DNA from: an uncultured Methanoregulaceae archaeon
Lineage (GTDB): Archaea; Halobacteriota; Methanomicrobia; Methanomicrobiales; Methanospirillaceae
Reading direction: 5' to 3'
Assembly: GCA_963737635.1 (NCBI GenBank)
Contig: CAVTTL010000001.1
Location: 2,240,001-2,304,000 of the forward strand
Length of the DNA stretch: 64,000 nucleotides
The notes below the pieces were generated by a model. It was not told the origin of the DNA and did not search any database. It was given only the letters and a program-made list of their open reading frames with translations. The stretch's first letter is position 1. Each line of letters begins with the position of its first letter. The position numbers and the translations under genes were made by a program. Positions 20,097 to 30,937 of this stretch are shown piece after piece.

Positions 20097-21788
20097 TTGG
20101 AACGGGAAAGCGAATTAGAGCGAATCAAGGATATCTTAAAAATCAATCCCAAAGGGTTGACTATTGAGGAAGTATCGAAAAAACTTTCGCTTAACCGGGC
20201 AACAGCCGCAAAATATCTCAATTCCTTGGTAATGGCAGGGCTGGCAGATCTGCGGGAATTGGGACGGGCCGAGCTTTTCTATATAAGTCATCGGGTTCCG
20301 TTGACCAACATGTTAAGTCTGGCGTCGGATCTTATTCTGATATTGGATAAAGATCTCTTCATACAGGAAGCAAATGACACCTTGCTGGCTTATTTCAAGG
20401 TTTCAAAAGAAGAGCTGAAGGGAAGGCAATTGGAGCATTCATCTCTTGCCCCATATTTTACCGAAGAGCATTTAGCCGCTCTGAAACAGGCACTTGATGG
20501 ATCGGGAAGCAGGTTTGAACTCTATATCGATGGAATCGGTCAGGATCAGTTCTTCCGGATGAAATTAATACCCGTCGTATTCGAAGAAGGTGAGCGCGCT
20601 GTCGGTATCGTATTGGAAGACATCACCGAGATGAAGAGATACCAGCAAGAACTTGAAAACCGTGTTGTTGAACGAACCAATGAGCTTGTCGTCACCAATG
20701 AGGCCTTGCATAAGCAAATACGGGATCGTATCCTTGCCGATGAAGCACTTCGGGAGAGCGAGGAAAAATACCGGGACATCTTCAATAACACCAATGACGC
20801 CATTCAGATCATCGAGCTTGACGATAGTGGATATGCTGGCAGATTCATAGACGTCAATGAGCCTACCTGCCGTCTGTTACAGTACACTCATCATGAATTG
20901 TTGCAGAAACGCCTCTTGGATATAGAGACAAATTATTCCAGGAAAAATATAGATCTGATCGAGAAAGAAATGAGAAAGGCTGGATCATCGACATTCGAAA
21001 CAGAGCTTATTAGAAAAGATGGGGTTCTCATTCCGGTTGAAGTTAGTCTGCATCCTGTTGCATTAAAGGGGAGACACGTGGCCATATCGGTGGTCCGGAA
21101 TATTACCGAGCGTAAACAATGCGACATGGCAATAACAAAGGCAAATAAACAGGTCACCTTGCTCACGGCTATAACCCGTCATGATATTCTGAATCAGCTC
21201 TCGCAGCTGGAAGCATACATATCTCTTTCAAAAAAACAGCCGGGTAGTGGTATATTTGCTGATTTGATTCAAAAAGAAGAATCTGTTGCCCGTACAATCC
21301 GGCGCCAAATCGTGTTTACCCGGGATTATCAGCATGTTGGAGTGCAACCTCCTCAATGGAAGAATGTAAAAGGTACAATCTCTTCGATCGTTTCAACCGT
21401 CCCTCTTGGGGACATATCTACGATTCTCGATACGGGAACACTGGAGATATATGCTGATCTCCTAGTCGAGAGAGTCTTTTTCAATCTCATTGAAAATACC
21501 CTCCGCTATGGAGGGCATGTTACAAGGATCCGCGTATCATATCAGCAGAAAGAAAATGAAATGATCCTTATCATTGAAGACGATGGCATCGGCATTCCAG
21601 AAGAGGATAAGGATAAGATTTTCACCCGGGGATTTGGGAAAAATACGGGTTATGGTTTATTCCTCGTTAGGGAAATTCTATTGATCACCGGTATTACAAT
21701 CAAAGAAACCGGTGAACCGGGCAAAGGTGCACGGTTCGAAATGACCGTCCCGAAAGGTGCATGGCGATTTTCAACATCACTACAATAG
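20097..21788 (+). CDS. Winged-helix HTH-PAS-PAS histidine kinase
   Basis: N-terminal GLTIEEVSKKLSLNRATAAKYLNSL HTH, two PAS domains, H-box TRHDILNQL, N-box FFNLIEN, EDDGIGI, GFGKNTGYGLF. Confidence 0.92.
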   Translation: MERESELERIKDILKINPKGLTIEEVSKKLSLNRATAAKYLNSLVMAGLADLRELGRAELFYISHRVPLTNMLSLASDLILILDKDLFIQEANDTLLAYFKVSKEELKGRQLEHSSLAPYFTEEHLAALKQALDGSGSRFELYIDGIGQDQFFRMKLIPVVFEEGERAVGIVLEDITEMKRYQQELENRVVERTNELVVTNEALHKQIRDRILADEALRESEEKYRDIFNNTNDAIQIIELDDSGYAGRFIDVNEPTCRLLQYTHHELLQKRLLDIETNYSRKNIDLIEKEMRKAGSSTFETELIRKDGVLIPVEVSLHPVALKGRHVAISVVRNITERKQCDMAITKANKQVTLLTAITRHDILNQLSQLEAYISLSKKQPGSGIFADLIQKEESVARTIRRQIVFTRDYQHVGVQPPQWKNVKGTISSIVSTVPLGDISTILDTGTLEIYADLLVERVFFNLIENTLRYGGHVTRIRVSYQQKENEMILIIEDDGIGIPEEDKDKIFTRGFGKNTGYGLFLVREILLITGITIKETGEPGKGARFEMTVPKGAWRFSTSLQ

Positions 21789-22012
21789 TCAGGGATTATG
21801 AGTATGCCAAGCAGGATGATAGTCTGGAAAACAGAAACGACCTCTTCATTACGAGAGGGGGTCCCATCGTTTAGGTGATTTTAATATTATCTTGTGTTCT
21901 ACCATTTTTCAATTTGTCATTTAATATGTATTAAAAACAGAACACATATATCAAAGTTATAATAAATCTTGATGACCGCATATCGGATGTGATTTGAACG
22001 AGGACAAAAAAA

Positions 22013-22372
22013 GTGACCTATTTTACGGAAAAAGAAGAAGAATTTACGAACCTCCTCATTGAGATTGGGATGAAAAAAAATGTGGCAAAAGTGCTGGTTT
22101 TCTTAGCGAATATTCAGGAAGCAACATCACGTGAAATCGAGCGAGGGACCGATTTACGCCAACCGGAAGTAAGTATTGCAATGCAGCACCTGCTGGATCG
22201 TGGGTGGATTGCAAACCGCGAGAGTAAGGCCGAGAATAAAGGACGCCCGGTTAAGATCTATAAACTTGCAACTCCCGTAACCGATATCATGGACAGCATC
22301 GAAAAAGAGATGATGAAAATAACAACCAAAAAACTTGCTCTGGTTCATAAATTACAGAACTACATTAATTGA
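22013..22372 (+). CDS. Winged-helix transcriptional regulator (ArsR/TrmB-like, methanogen family)
   Basis: SREIERGTDLRQPEVSIAM..KGRPVKIY. Confidence 0.85.
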   Translation: MTYFTEKEEEFTNLLIEIGMKKNVAKVLVFLANIQEATSREIERGTDLRQPEVSIAMQHLLDRGWIANRESKAENKGRPVKIYKLATPVTDIMDSIEKEMMKITTKKLALVHKLQNYIN

Positions 22373-22470
22373 TGGAATTAGCTAAATCAGTTTTTGATTT
22401 TTTAGAACTCGAAGAATACGATTTCGGCGTAGTCGATATTCTTCTGCATTTAAAAAAAAATACGTATAAT

Positions 22471-23170
22471 TTACTTGTATTTTTTCTGAGTATATGCATA
22501 CTTTTGAGTCTCCCCACCATGAGCGACGATATAAAGCCACTCATACAGGGATTTGAACGTGCCGTACTGCTGGTACCTGCGCATAGAGAAACCAACTTTT
22601 AATTTGCCGTCGAACCGGATTTTTCCCAAATCTTTCATGCGCATCGCAATCTCGATATCATCTCCGGCGTCAATGCAACGATACATGCCAGCCCTTATAA
22701 ATGCCTCCTTGCGAAACGCAGTGTTACAACCGAGCGTATAATAGAAGGTGCGGCTGTAAAACCCAATACGGGAGAAGGTATTTGCGAGGAGAAGCGAGAA
22801 ATGGTTACCGATGCTGTCCTCTATGGGATAGACTGTGCCGTAAACCTGTACGATCAGCCGGATTAGCGAAGTCCTTCCTGATACGATCGATCCAATCCGG
22901 CGGGAGGATGCAGTCTGCATCGGTCGAGGCGATGATATCACCTTTTGCTGCAATGACCCCATCGTTTCGTGCCCCGCCGACTTTTTTGCTCTTCTGGATG
23001 AAGACTTTGTCGGCATATTTCCGGGCAATTTCGCAGGTCTTGTCAGTCGACCCGCCATCGACTACGATAATCTCGTACTCGTTCTTGCTGACTGTCTGGT
23101 GCGAGAGTGAGACCAGGCACTGGGCTATGTTCTCCTCTTCATTAAAGGAGGGGACAATGACCGAAATCAT
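22471..23170 (-). CDS. Family 2 glycosyltransferase (indel near 22858)
   Basis: ISVIVPSFNEE, IIVVDGGSTD, ARNDG, TDAD; continuation GCNTAFR..DDIEI..SMRR in the second frame. Confidence 0.88.
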
Positions 23171-23242
23171 GCAGTATGAAAAACTCCTGTACTTTTTTGG
23201 GTTGGCGGATTATAAGGGTGATGCCGGAAACAAAAAATCCAA

Positions 23243-24555
23243 TTATGATGGATGTGATTGTATAAACTCCAGTACACTTCGGATGCATCCGTCCATATTG
23301 AGGTATTCGAACTGGGCAAACCGGCCCACGAGCGGGATATCGATCGCCTGGCAGAAATCACGGACGACGGCAATGTTCTCCTGGTACTTTTTATCATATA
23401 CCACGTAAGCAAATGACTGGCGCACTACTGAAGAAAACACCACCTGGTCCGGTGTAATAAGTCCCATATTGGCGAGCATCCCGGTGACCTCATCGATCAG
23501 ATCTTCATCGCTCATCCGCGCCACGGGATCTCCTGGCTGGTGAGTGATCTCGGAAAGAATGGCACTGCAGCCTTCCGGCGCCACGTGCCGGCTGTATTGC
23601 GAGGGAAACGAGATCCGGTTGGTCTTACCAAGCGCCGGGTCGGGGATGTAAAGCCAGGAGTATCCCGGGACATCCCCCCGAATGCCAATATTAACACAGG
23701 CAAGGGAATTATAGGTAAGTTTGTCACAGGCCTTCTTTACTTCAGGTGGTACCCCGTGAAGCGCTGCAATCAGGTGCTGGAGGGGGATCGTAGAGATTAT
23801 CCGATCTACCTTGATCGTTTCTGAGCCATTACTGATGAGCCACTTCATTCCCTGTTTCCTTATGGAACGGATCCGGAAATTGTTTTTTATGAATGGCTCA
23901 ACCGCCGGGCAATTGCTTTTACCAGAGATTCGATACCCCCGTCAAGCGGGTACGAGAAGACTGCCTGGTGGATGTACCCTTCTGTGGAGATGCCGATAGC
24001 GGATTTGATCACATCGTCGATTGGTGGTCGCGGGATCCGCCCATCCACCCAGTGAAGAGACATGCTGTCAGTCGGGTACTTCCAGATCTTCTCGTTATAG
24101 GGAACCATATAACACTCAGCGATCCCTTTCCCAAACGTGTAATAGATCCAGTCACGGAATGTCCGGGGGGGCGCAAGTTCGCCTTTTTCTACGGCAACAA
24201 GAGTCTTGACAAACTCGCTGATACAAAAGAACCGGTCCTCTGCAGGAAGATCACTAAGGCCGTTCTCAAAGGGGTACTTCACGTACCTACCCTTATAGAA
24301 GATCTTCGTATTCCGGATGTTCTCCTGTTCGTTTCCCTGGATCATCTTCCGCATGAAGGCGAGGACTTCAGCATCACGTGAGAAGATAATATGCGAACCG
24401 CCGGTATCGAAGGTAAACCCATCCGAAATATAAGACCGGCAGAGCCCGCCATATTCCGGCTCTGCTTCAAGGATCACGAGATCGGTGCCTTTTTCATAGA
24501 GGAGCCGGGCCAGTGTCAGGCCGGATAAGCCGCCCCCGAGAATTGCCGTTTTCAC
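23243..24555 (-). CDS. FAD-dependent oxidoreductase (protoporphyrinogen oxidase / UDP-galactopyranose mutase-like; indel near 23903)
   Basis: GGGLSGL dinucleotide motif, GGLCRS, FDTGGSHIIFS, PYNEKIW, GRFAQFEYLNMD. Confidence 0.85.
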
Positions 24556-24709
24556 TGCCCCAATAGTTGGCTGGCAGAACTTATAGAATTCACCCTGATA
24601 GTAGTCCGCGGGAAAAACATTCGCCGACCTAATGCCCTCCGGATCAAAACGATAATGTTATGCTATGACATAGCAGACCAATAATTCATACCCCGGAGGG
24701 TAGATCAAA

Positions 24710-26293
24710 GTGGATCTGATTATTCAGTTTATTTTGGCCATCCTGCCCATCCTTATGATCTTTATCGGACTTGTCTTCTTCAAGCAGTCCGGTACGCTTA
24801 TGGGCATTCTTGGATGGATTCTGACGGTTATCATAGCGGTCATTTTTTTCCAGACCAGCGTTCCTGTGGCATTGGCAGCGTCATGGTATGGCGTACTCTC
24901 TTCGTTTGGAATCTCGCTGATGGTACTCTTTACCATCCTGCAAGTCACTATGATGGATTTAACCGGTGCGATCGCCAGCATTACGGCATACATCAAAACT
25001 ATCGCGGCAGAGCGGTACGAGCAGATAATGATCCTGAACGTAGGTTTTGGGACGTTTTTAGTCTCAATAGGGGCAACACCGGTGACCATGCTCCCACCAA
25101 TCATGCTTGCGCTAGGATTCTCACCTCTTGCCGCAGTTGCCCTGCCCTGTATGGGGTATGACCCGCTTACTTCATTCTCGCTGCTTGCCGTCCCGATCAC
25201 ACTGCCGGCATCGGCCTTTGGTCTTGACGTGAGATCGCTCGGGATCACGGTCGCCTGGTTCCTGCCGGTAATATCGACCGGTATCGCTCTCGCTATGCTC
25301 TGGGTCGCCGATGGCATCACTGGTGTGAAGAAAGGATTCCTCACGGCACTTGTCGCAGGCCTGACACTTGGGCTCTGTGCGATCCTCTTTGTGCATATCC
25401 TCCCGGCAGCGGCCATCGGTCTTGTTGGGGTCTTCTCGGGCGTCGTTACTGTTGCCGTCCTCTTCCTGATGAGAAAGATCCGGGGCAGGCCGCTTGATGT
25501 TTCAGAGCCTGCCACAATAGCAGCAGCAAGAGAAGAAAGGAAGAGTAAGATGCCGCTCTGGAAGGCATCGCTTCCCTGGCTAATGCTCGTGATCTTCTGT
25601 ATCATCATCAGCATCCCCGTCATCCAGGGTATCCTGCTTGCGTCCCTTGGTAACCTGCAGAAGATCCCGGTTATGGCCGACCAGATAGTCAACCTGAAGC
25701 TTTTAAATCAGGCGTACTTCTGGGTGCTGGTAAGCACCATTATTACCGCGCCGATTTTGATCCGGTCAAAAGATGAACTCAAAAAAATTACCACGGTCTG
25801 GCTGAAACGTTCGTGGAGCCCGACGCTTGCCGCAATGGTCTTTTTTGCTATTGCCTATGTAATGGACTGGTCAGGAAAATCCGTAATCAGCGGTGCACTC
25901 ACGTTCGCACCGAATGCTTCCGGGTTCAACATGAACATCGTTATTGGCACCGTGCTTGCACTCGCCTTCGGCCTTGCATTCCCGCTGATCAGCCCATCGA
26001 TGGGCCTGTTCGGCTCGTTTGTCTCAGGCAGCGAGACCTCTTCCAACGTCATGTTTTACGGCATCCTCAAAAAATCGACCGAAATGCTCAACCTTGACTT
26101 CATGAAAGTCTACGCCGCGCATATGGTTGCGGGAGGTATCGCATCAGGTATAGCGGTCGCAAAGATCATCAATGCTGCAGCTGTCGTCGACAAGATCGGT
26201 ATCGAAGGAGAGGTTGTCCGCAAAGTCGCACCGGTTGCGATTGTGCTGACTATCATCACCGGTATTATGCTGGCGCTGATGCTGATCTTCTAA
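24710..26293 (+). CDS. L-lactate permease (LctP) family transporter
   Basis: About 14 TMs, LGFSPLAAV, GLFGSFVSGSETSSNVMF, KIINAAAVV..GIEGEV. Confidence 0.85.
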   Translation: MDLIIQFILAILPILMIFIGLVFFKQSGTLMGILGWILTVIIAVIFFQTSVPVALAASWYGVLSSFGISLMVLFTILQVTMMDLTGAIASITAYIKTIAAERYEQIMILNVGFGTFLVSIGATPVTMLPPIMLALGFSPLAAVALPCMGYDPLTSFSLLAVPITLPASAFGLDVRSLGITVAWFLPVISTGIALAMLWVADGITGVKKGFLTALVAGLTLGLCAILFVHILPAAAIGLVGVFSGVVTVAVLFLMRKIRGRPLDVSEPATIAAAREERKSKMPLWKASLPWLMLVIFCIIISIPVIQGILLASLGNLQKIPVMADQIVNLKLLNQAYFWVLVSTIITAPILIRSKDELKKITTVWLKRSWSPTLAAMVFFAIAYVMDWSGKSVISGALTFAPNASGFNMNIVIGTVLALAFGLAFPLISPSMGLFGSFVSGSETSSNVMFYGILKKSTEMLNLDFMKVYAAHMVAGGIASGIAVAKIINAAAVVDKIGIEGEVVRKVAPVAIVLTIITGIMLALMLIF

Positions 26294-26327
26294 TTTTTCC
26301 TGTTTTTGAATAGTAAAAAAGAAGAGA

Positions 26328-26831
26328 TTATTTGCTGCTCGTTACAGTTTTTGTACCGCGCAAAATCCCAATCTTTCCGGTCCGTATCAGCTCCTTGATC
26401 CCGAACTGGCGCAACAGTTTCTCCATCGCATCGATCTTAGCCGTATCACCGGCAATCTGGAGAATAACCGACTTTGCGCCCACATCCACAATCTGGGCAC
26501 GAAAGATGGTAGCAATCTGCATGATCTCGGCCCGGGTCGTACCCTGGTCCGCGGTCACCTTGAACAGAGCAAGCTCACGCTCGACCCTCTCACTATCGGT
26601 CAGGTCAGAGACCTTAATCACATCAATGAGCTTGTTGAGCTGTTTCATTACCTGTTCGACCTGAGCATCGTCTCCGATTACAACGATCGTGATCCGGCTC
26701 ATATCAGGTTCCTCGCAGGTGCCCACGGCCAGGCTTTCGATGTTAAAACCGCGACGGGAGAAGAGCCCCGTAACCCGGGAAAGAACTCCCGCTTTGTTCT
26801 CCACAAGCACGGACAATGTATGCGCTTTCAT
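26328..26831 (-). CDS. ilvH: Acetolactate synthase small (regulatory) subunit
   Basis: LSVLVENKAGVLSRVTGLFSRRGFNIESLAV ACT domain; KQLNKLIDVIKV. Confidence 0.97.
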   Translation of the reverse strand: MKAHTLSVLVENKAGVLSRVTGLFSRRGFNIESLAVGTCEEPDMSRITIVVIGDDAQVEQVMKQLNKLIDVIKVSDLTDSERVERELALFKVTADQGTTRAEIMQIATIFRAQIVDVGAKSVILQIAGDTAKIDAMEKLLRQFGIKELIRTGKIGILRGTKTVTSSK

Positions 26832-28508
26832 AATCGCGGATGCCCCCCGATCATCTCGTTAATGGCGGCACCGGCCGGGACCATGGGAAAAACATTTTCC
26901 TCGCGTTCGATCCGGAAATCAAGCACGAACGGCCCATCATGGTCAATCGCGGCTTTTAAGGCCGGCATCACCTCATCGCAAGACTCCACTTTGATCCCTT
27001 CAATACCGTACGCCTGCGCAATCTTGGTAAATTCGACCGGCGGGAGTTCGGTATAGGAATAGCGCCGGTCATAGAAGAGCTCCTGCCACTGGCGCACCAT
27101 GCCGAGGTACATATTATTCAGAATGGCAATTTTCACCGGGATTTTATATTGCGCGACCGTTCCCATCTCCTGAATGTTCATCTGAATACTTCCATCCCCG
27201 GCCACATCGAAAACCGGGAGATCGGGTCGGGCAAAGTGCGCCCCGATACGCTGCGGGAAAACCATACCCCATCGTGCCAAGACCTCCCGAAGTAATCCAT
27301 GTACGGGGGTGGCGGAAGCAGAAATACTGCGCAGTCCACATCTGGTTCTGGCCCACCTCCGAGACGATCACCGCATCACCCTTTAGCAGTTCATTCATCT
27401 GCTGGAGAATGAACTGGGGATGCAGGCACCCGTTGTCTTCGCCATAGCGAAGGGGATGGTTCTTTTTCCAGTGTATTATCTTCTTCTGCCATGCCTCGCA
27501 GGCATTCTTTTTTGCAAGACTGGCAATTATATCTGCAAGCACGGTTTTTGTATCCCCGACGATCGGGACATCCACGCGCTTGTTCTTCCCGATCTCAGCC
27601 GGGTCAATATCGATATGGATAACTTTTGCATGCGGCGCGAACGTGTTTATGTTACCAGTAACCCGGTCATCAAACCGCGCTCCGATTGCAATCAGGAGAT
27701 CGCACTCGGTAACCGCGAAGTTCGCATACTCGGTGCCGTGCATCCCCAACATGCCAAGATTAAGCGGGTGATCGCAGGGAACACACCCGATACCCATCAG
27801 GGTCGTTGTGACCGGGATGCCATGGCCGGAAGCAAAGGCCACGAGCTCCGCTGAGGCATTGGACGAGATCACCCCGCCGCCCGCGTAGATGAGCGGCCGT
27901 TCAGCCGCCGTGATGAGTTCAATGGCCCTGTCGATCTGGCGCTTGTGCCCTTTATAGGTCGGGTTATAGCCCCGGAGAACCACCTTTTCCGGGACAACCG
28001 GCTCCTTGACCGACCGGGTATTCACATCTTTGGGCAGATCGATAAGCACCGGCCCCTGACGCCCGGTGCCCGCGATATAAAATGCCTCTTTTACCACGCG
28101 GGGGATATCTGATGTGTCCTTCACGAGGTAGTTATGCTTTGTGATAGGCATTGTAATTCCCTGGATATCCGATTCCTGAAAGGCATCGTTCCCAAGCATA
28201 GTGGTCGGAACCTGGCCGGTAATGGCAACAATGGGAACTGAGTCCATGTAAGCCGTGGCGATCCCGGTGACAAGGTTGCAGGCCCCGGGACCGGAGGTGG
28301 CAAGGCATACCCCTACCCGACCGCTCGCGCGTGCATAGCCGTCCGCGGCGTGCGCTGCTGCCTGTTCGTGCCGTACCAGGATATGCCGCAATGGTGAATC
28401 GTAGAGTTCATCATAGATCGGCAGCACTGAGCCGCCAGGGTAGCCAAACAGCGTGTCTGTACCCTCGCGCTGCAGTGATTCAACGAGGAGTTTTGCCCCG
28501 GTCTTCAT
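26828..28508 (-). CDS. ilvB: Acetolactate synthase large subunit (indel near 27249)
   Basis: [43 protein letters not shown], then [18 protein letters not shown] in the second frame. Confidence 0.96.
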
Positions 28509-29995
28509 GTTCGTTCCTCAAGTAGTCTGTTCATTCCGGCGATCATCGCCTCGACGCTCGCCATGATAATATCAGTGCGGGCGCCCCGTGAAGTAATTAT
28601 CTTCCCGTCTTTACTTAACCTTACGGTAACTTCGACCAGTGCATCAGTACCGCCGCTGATCGCGTCTACATGGTACTCTTCGAGCCGGATGTTCCCGACA
28701 TCGGCAACTGATTTTGCGAGTACCTGCATCGCTGCGTCAACCGGCCCGTCACCGGTTGATGCGCCGGTCATCTCTTTTCCCTTCACTTCGAGCGTAACCG
28801 ATGCCGTGGGCATCATGCTGCTTCCCGAAACAACGGTAAACTGCCTCAGCTTGATCGTGGGTTTGCACTCCATTGCGAGTACCGAATCGGCAATAGCCAT
28901 AAGATCCGCATCGCTGACTCGTTTCCCTGAGTCTCCAAGGTCTTTTATCCGGGCAACAATGGCTTTGAGCTGCTGTGCGTTAGGCATGTACTTCATTTCG
29001 TGGAGTGCTGCTTCTACGGACGCGGAACCGGAGTGTTTTCCGAGCACAATCCGGCGTTGCCGCCCGACCTGCTCTGGCCGGATGGACTCATAGGTTGCCG
29101 GTTCGCGGATTACACCGTGGGCATGGATACCGCTCTCATGGGTAAACGCCATCTCACCGATAACGGCCTTGTTGACCGGCAGCGGGACTCCCGTGAGCCG
29201 GGAGACTAGGGTCGAGAGGGCATAAATCTCCTCTTTTTTTATCCCGGTCGGGTACCCATAGAGCACTTCAAGCGACATCACCAATTCCTCAAAGGGCGTG
29301 TTTCCCGCCCGTTCCCCAAGGCCGTTTACTGTCGTATGAGCGCAGGTGGCACCAGCCTTTAAAGCCGCGACCGTGTTTGCAAGGGCAAAACCAAGGTCAT
29401 CGTGACAGTGGATCGAGAGCGGCGCGATCCCGGCAAGCGGCGGGATGAACGCTGTAATCTTCTCCGGGGTCAGGAGACCTACGGTGTCGCAAAAACAGAG
29501 CCGGTCGGCCCCGTGTTCCACGCCACCGGAAAAGATGTCCGAAAGGAACCGCTGGTCGGCCCGGGAAGCATCTTCTCCCGAGAGTTCCACGATGAGTCCA
29601 CGGCTTTTTGCGTACTCTACCGAGCTCCAGGCCATCTCTGCAACTTGGTCGCGAGTCCTTCGCAGCTTCTTTTCAATGTGAAGGTCACTGACTGGAATCA
29701 CAAGGTGGACCGAATCGGCACCGTTATCCGCAGCATAATCGATATCGGCGTTTATGGCCCGGACGAACGTACAGGTCTCGGTCGGAAGCCCGGCATTCGC
29801 AATGAGCCGGATCGCGTCCTGCTCTCCAGCGGATGTTGCAGCAGAGCCGGCTTCGATAACATCGACACCTACGTCTGCAAGCCTGGTCGCAATTTCCAAC
29901 TTCTGATCCGGGTTTAACGATACACCCGGGGTCTGTTCCCCGTCCCGTAACGTGGTATCAAAAAAGCGCAGTTTACTGGCGAATAAAACACTCAC
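28505..29995 (-). CDS. cimA: (R)-citramalate synthase (LeuA/CimA family; CimA-like)
   Basis: [33 protein letters not shown], LeuA-type allosteric C-terminal domain. [13 protein letters not shown] segment and linkage to ilvB favour CimA over LeuA. Confidence 0.75.
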   Translation of the reverse strand: MSVLFASKLRFFDTTLRDGEQTPGVSLNPDQKLEIATRLADVGVDVIEAGSAATSAGEQDAIRLIANAGLPTETCTFVRAINADIDYAADNGADSVHLVIPVSDLHIEKKLRRTRDQVAEMAWSSVEYAKSRGLIVELSGEDASRADQRFLSDIFSGGVEHGADRLCFCDTVGLLTPEKITAFIPPLAGIAPLSIHCHDDLGFALANTVAALKAGATCAHTTVNGLGERAGNTPFEELVMSLEVLYGYPTGIKKEEIYALSTLVSRLTGVPLPVNKAVIGEMAFTHESGIHAHGVIREPATYESIRPEQVGRQRRIVLGKHSGSASVEAALHEMKYMPNAQQLKAIVARIKDLGDSGKRVSDADLMAIADSVLAMECKPTIKLRQFTVVSGSSMMPTASVTLEVKGKEMTGASTGDGPVDAAMQVLAKSVADVGNIRLEEYHVDAISGGTDALVEVTVRLSKDGKIITSRGARTDIIMASVEAMIAGMNRLLEERT

Positions 29996-30130
29996 TCATG
30001 GCAGACACCATGCTACAGAACTAGGAAAGCAGACTATTAAAACATTCGGACACCGGAATGCCCGAACCAGAATCCTTACATGTCCTGATCGGGTAAATTA
30101 CCGTACAAGGGAAAACGATAGCGGGAGACT

Positions 30131-30805
30131 GTGGCCATGGATACATATAATGCAGATCACGAGTCGCCGGAGCAGATTGCTCCGACTATACAAAAGAACT
30201 GCACAAGGCTCGGGGCACTCCGGACCCGGGGCGAACTCGGTGCAGCGCTTGCACAGATCGTACTGTTGTACTCACCCCGCGATATCCGGCAGTTGATGCT
30301 GAACTTCGGAAACACAATCCGGGACATCTCCCCGGAATACCGGGCGGAACTCGAAACGGCAATAACCGGTCACCTGATCGGGAGATACCAAGAGATCCGG
30401 CTCATGAGCCAGCAGGGCGCATTTGCACGGATGAAAGAACCGGTAACGGATGCAGAGAGATCCTACTGGAAGATGGTGAGTGTCCAATGCCGGCCTGGTG
30501 CGGGGAGTCTCCGGCTCCGATTTTTGAAATTCCTGCTTGCCGGTTTCTGTATGATTGTCCGGCAGGAGCCGGGTCACCCGGTCGGACTCCGGTTTCCCGG
30601 CGGCGACCGTGTCGAGCTTGTCGAAGGAGTGTATTACTGCCCGGTCCGGGAAAAGGCAAATGATGTCGATGCAGCCCTCTGCCCATTCTGTCCCGCACAG
30701 CAGACCCCGGCAGTCGGGTACTTAAAACCGCCGGTAAACGCAAGTGAGCACCGGAAGCAGGAGTTTATCGATAATTGTTACCGGTATCATAATTTCAACG
30801 GATAA
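30131..30805 (+). CDS. UPF0305/DUF2115 methanogen-specific protein
   Basis: EPGHPVGLRFPGG..YYCPVREK...LCPFCPA motif. Confidence 0.8.
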   Translation: MAMDTYNADHESPEQIAPTIQKNCTRLGALRTRGELGAALAQIVLLYSPRDIRQLMLNFGNTIRDISPEYRAELETAITGHLIGRYQEIRLMSQQGAFARMKEPVTDAERSYWKMVSVQCRPGAGSLRLRFLKFLLAGFCMIVRQEPGHPVGLRFPGGDRVELVEGVYYCPVREKANDVDAALCPFCPAQQTPAVGYLKPPVNASEHRKQEFIDNCYRYHNFNG

Positions 30806-30937
30806 ATAAACCTGAACGGAAAGGTAGGAAACAATTGCCCTGCCTGCCACCAGACAGTACGGATCCGTTTTTTCGGAGAGATTCTCCGGTAAGAAAAATG
30901 CCGATATTCAAAAAAACAAGTCACTACATCTTGGGAC

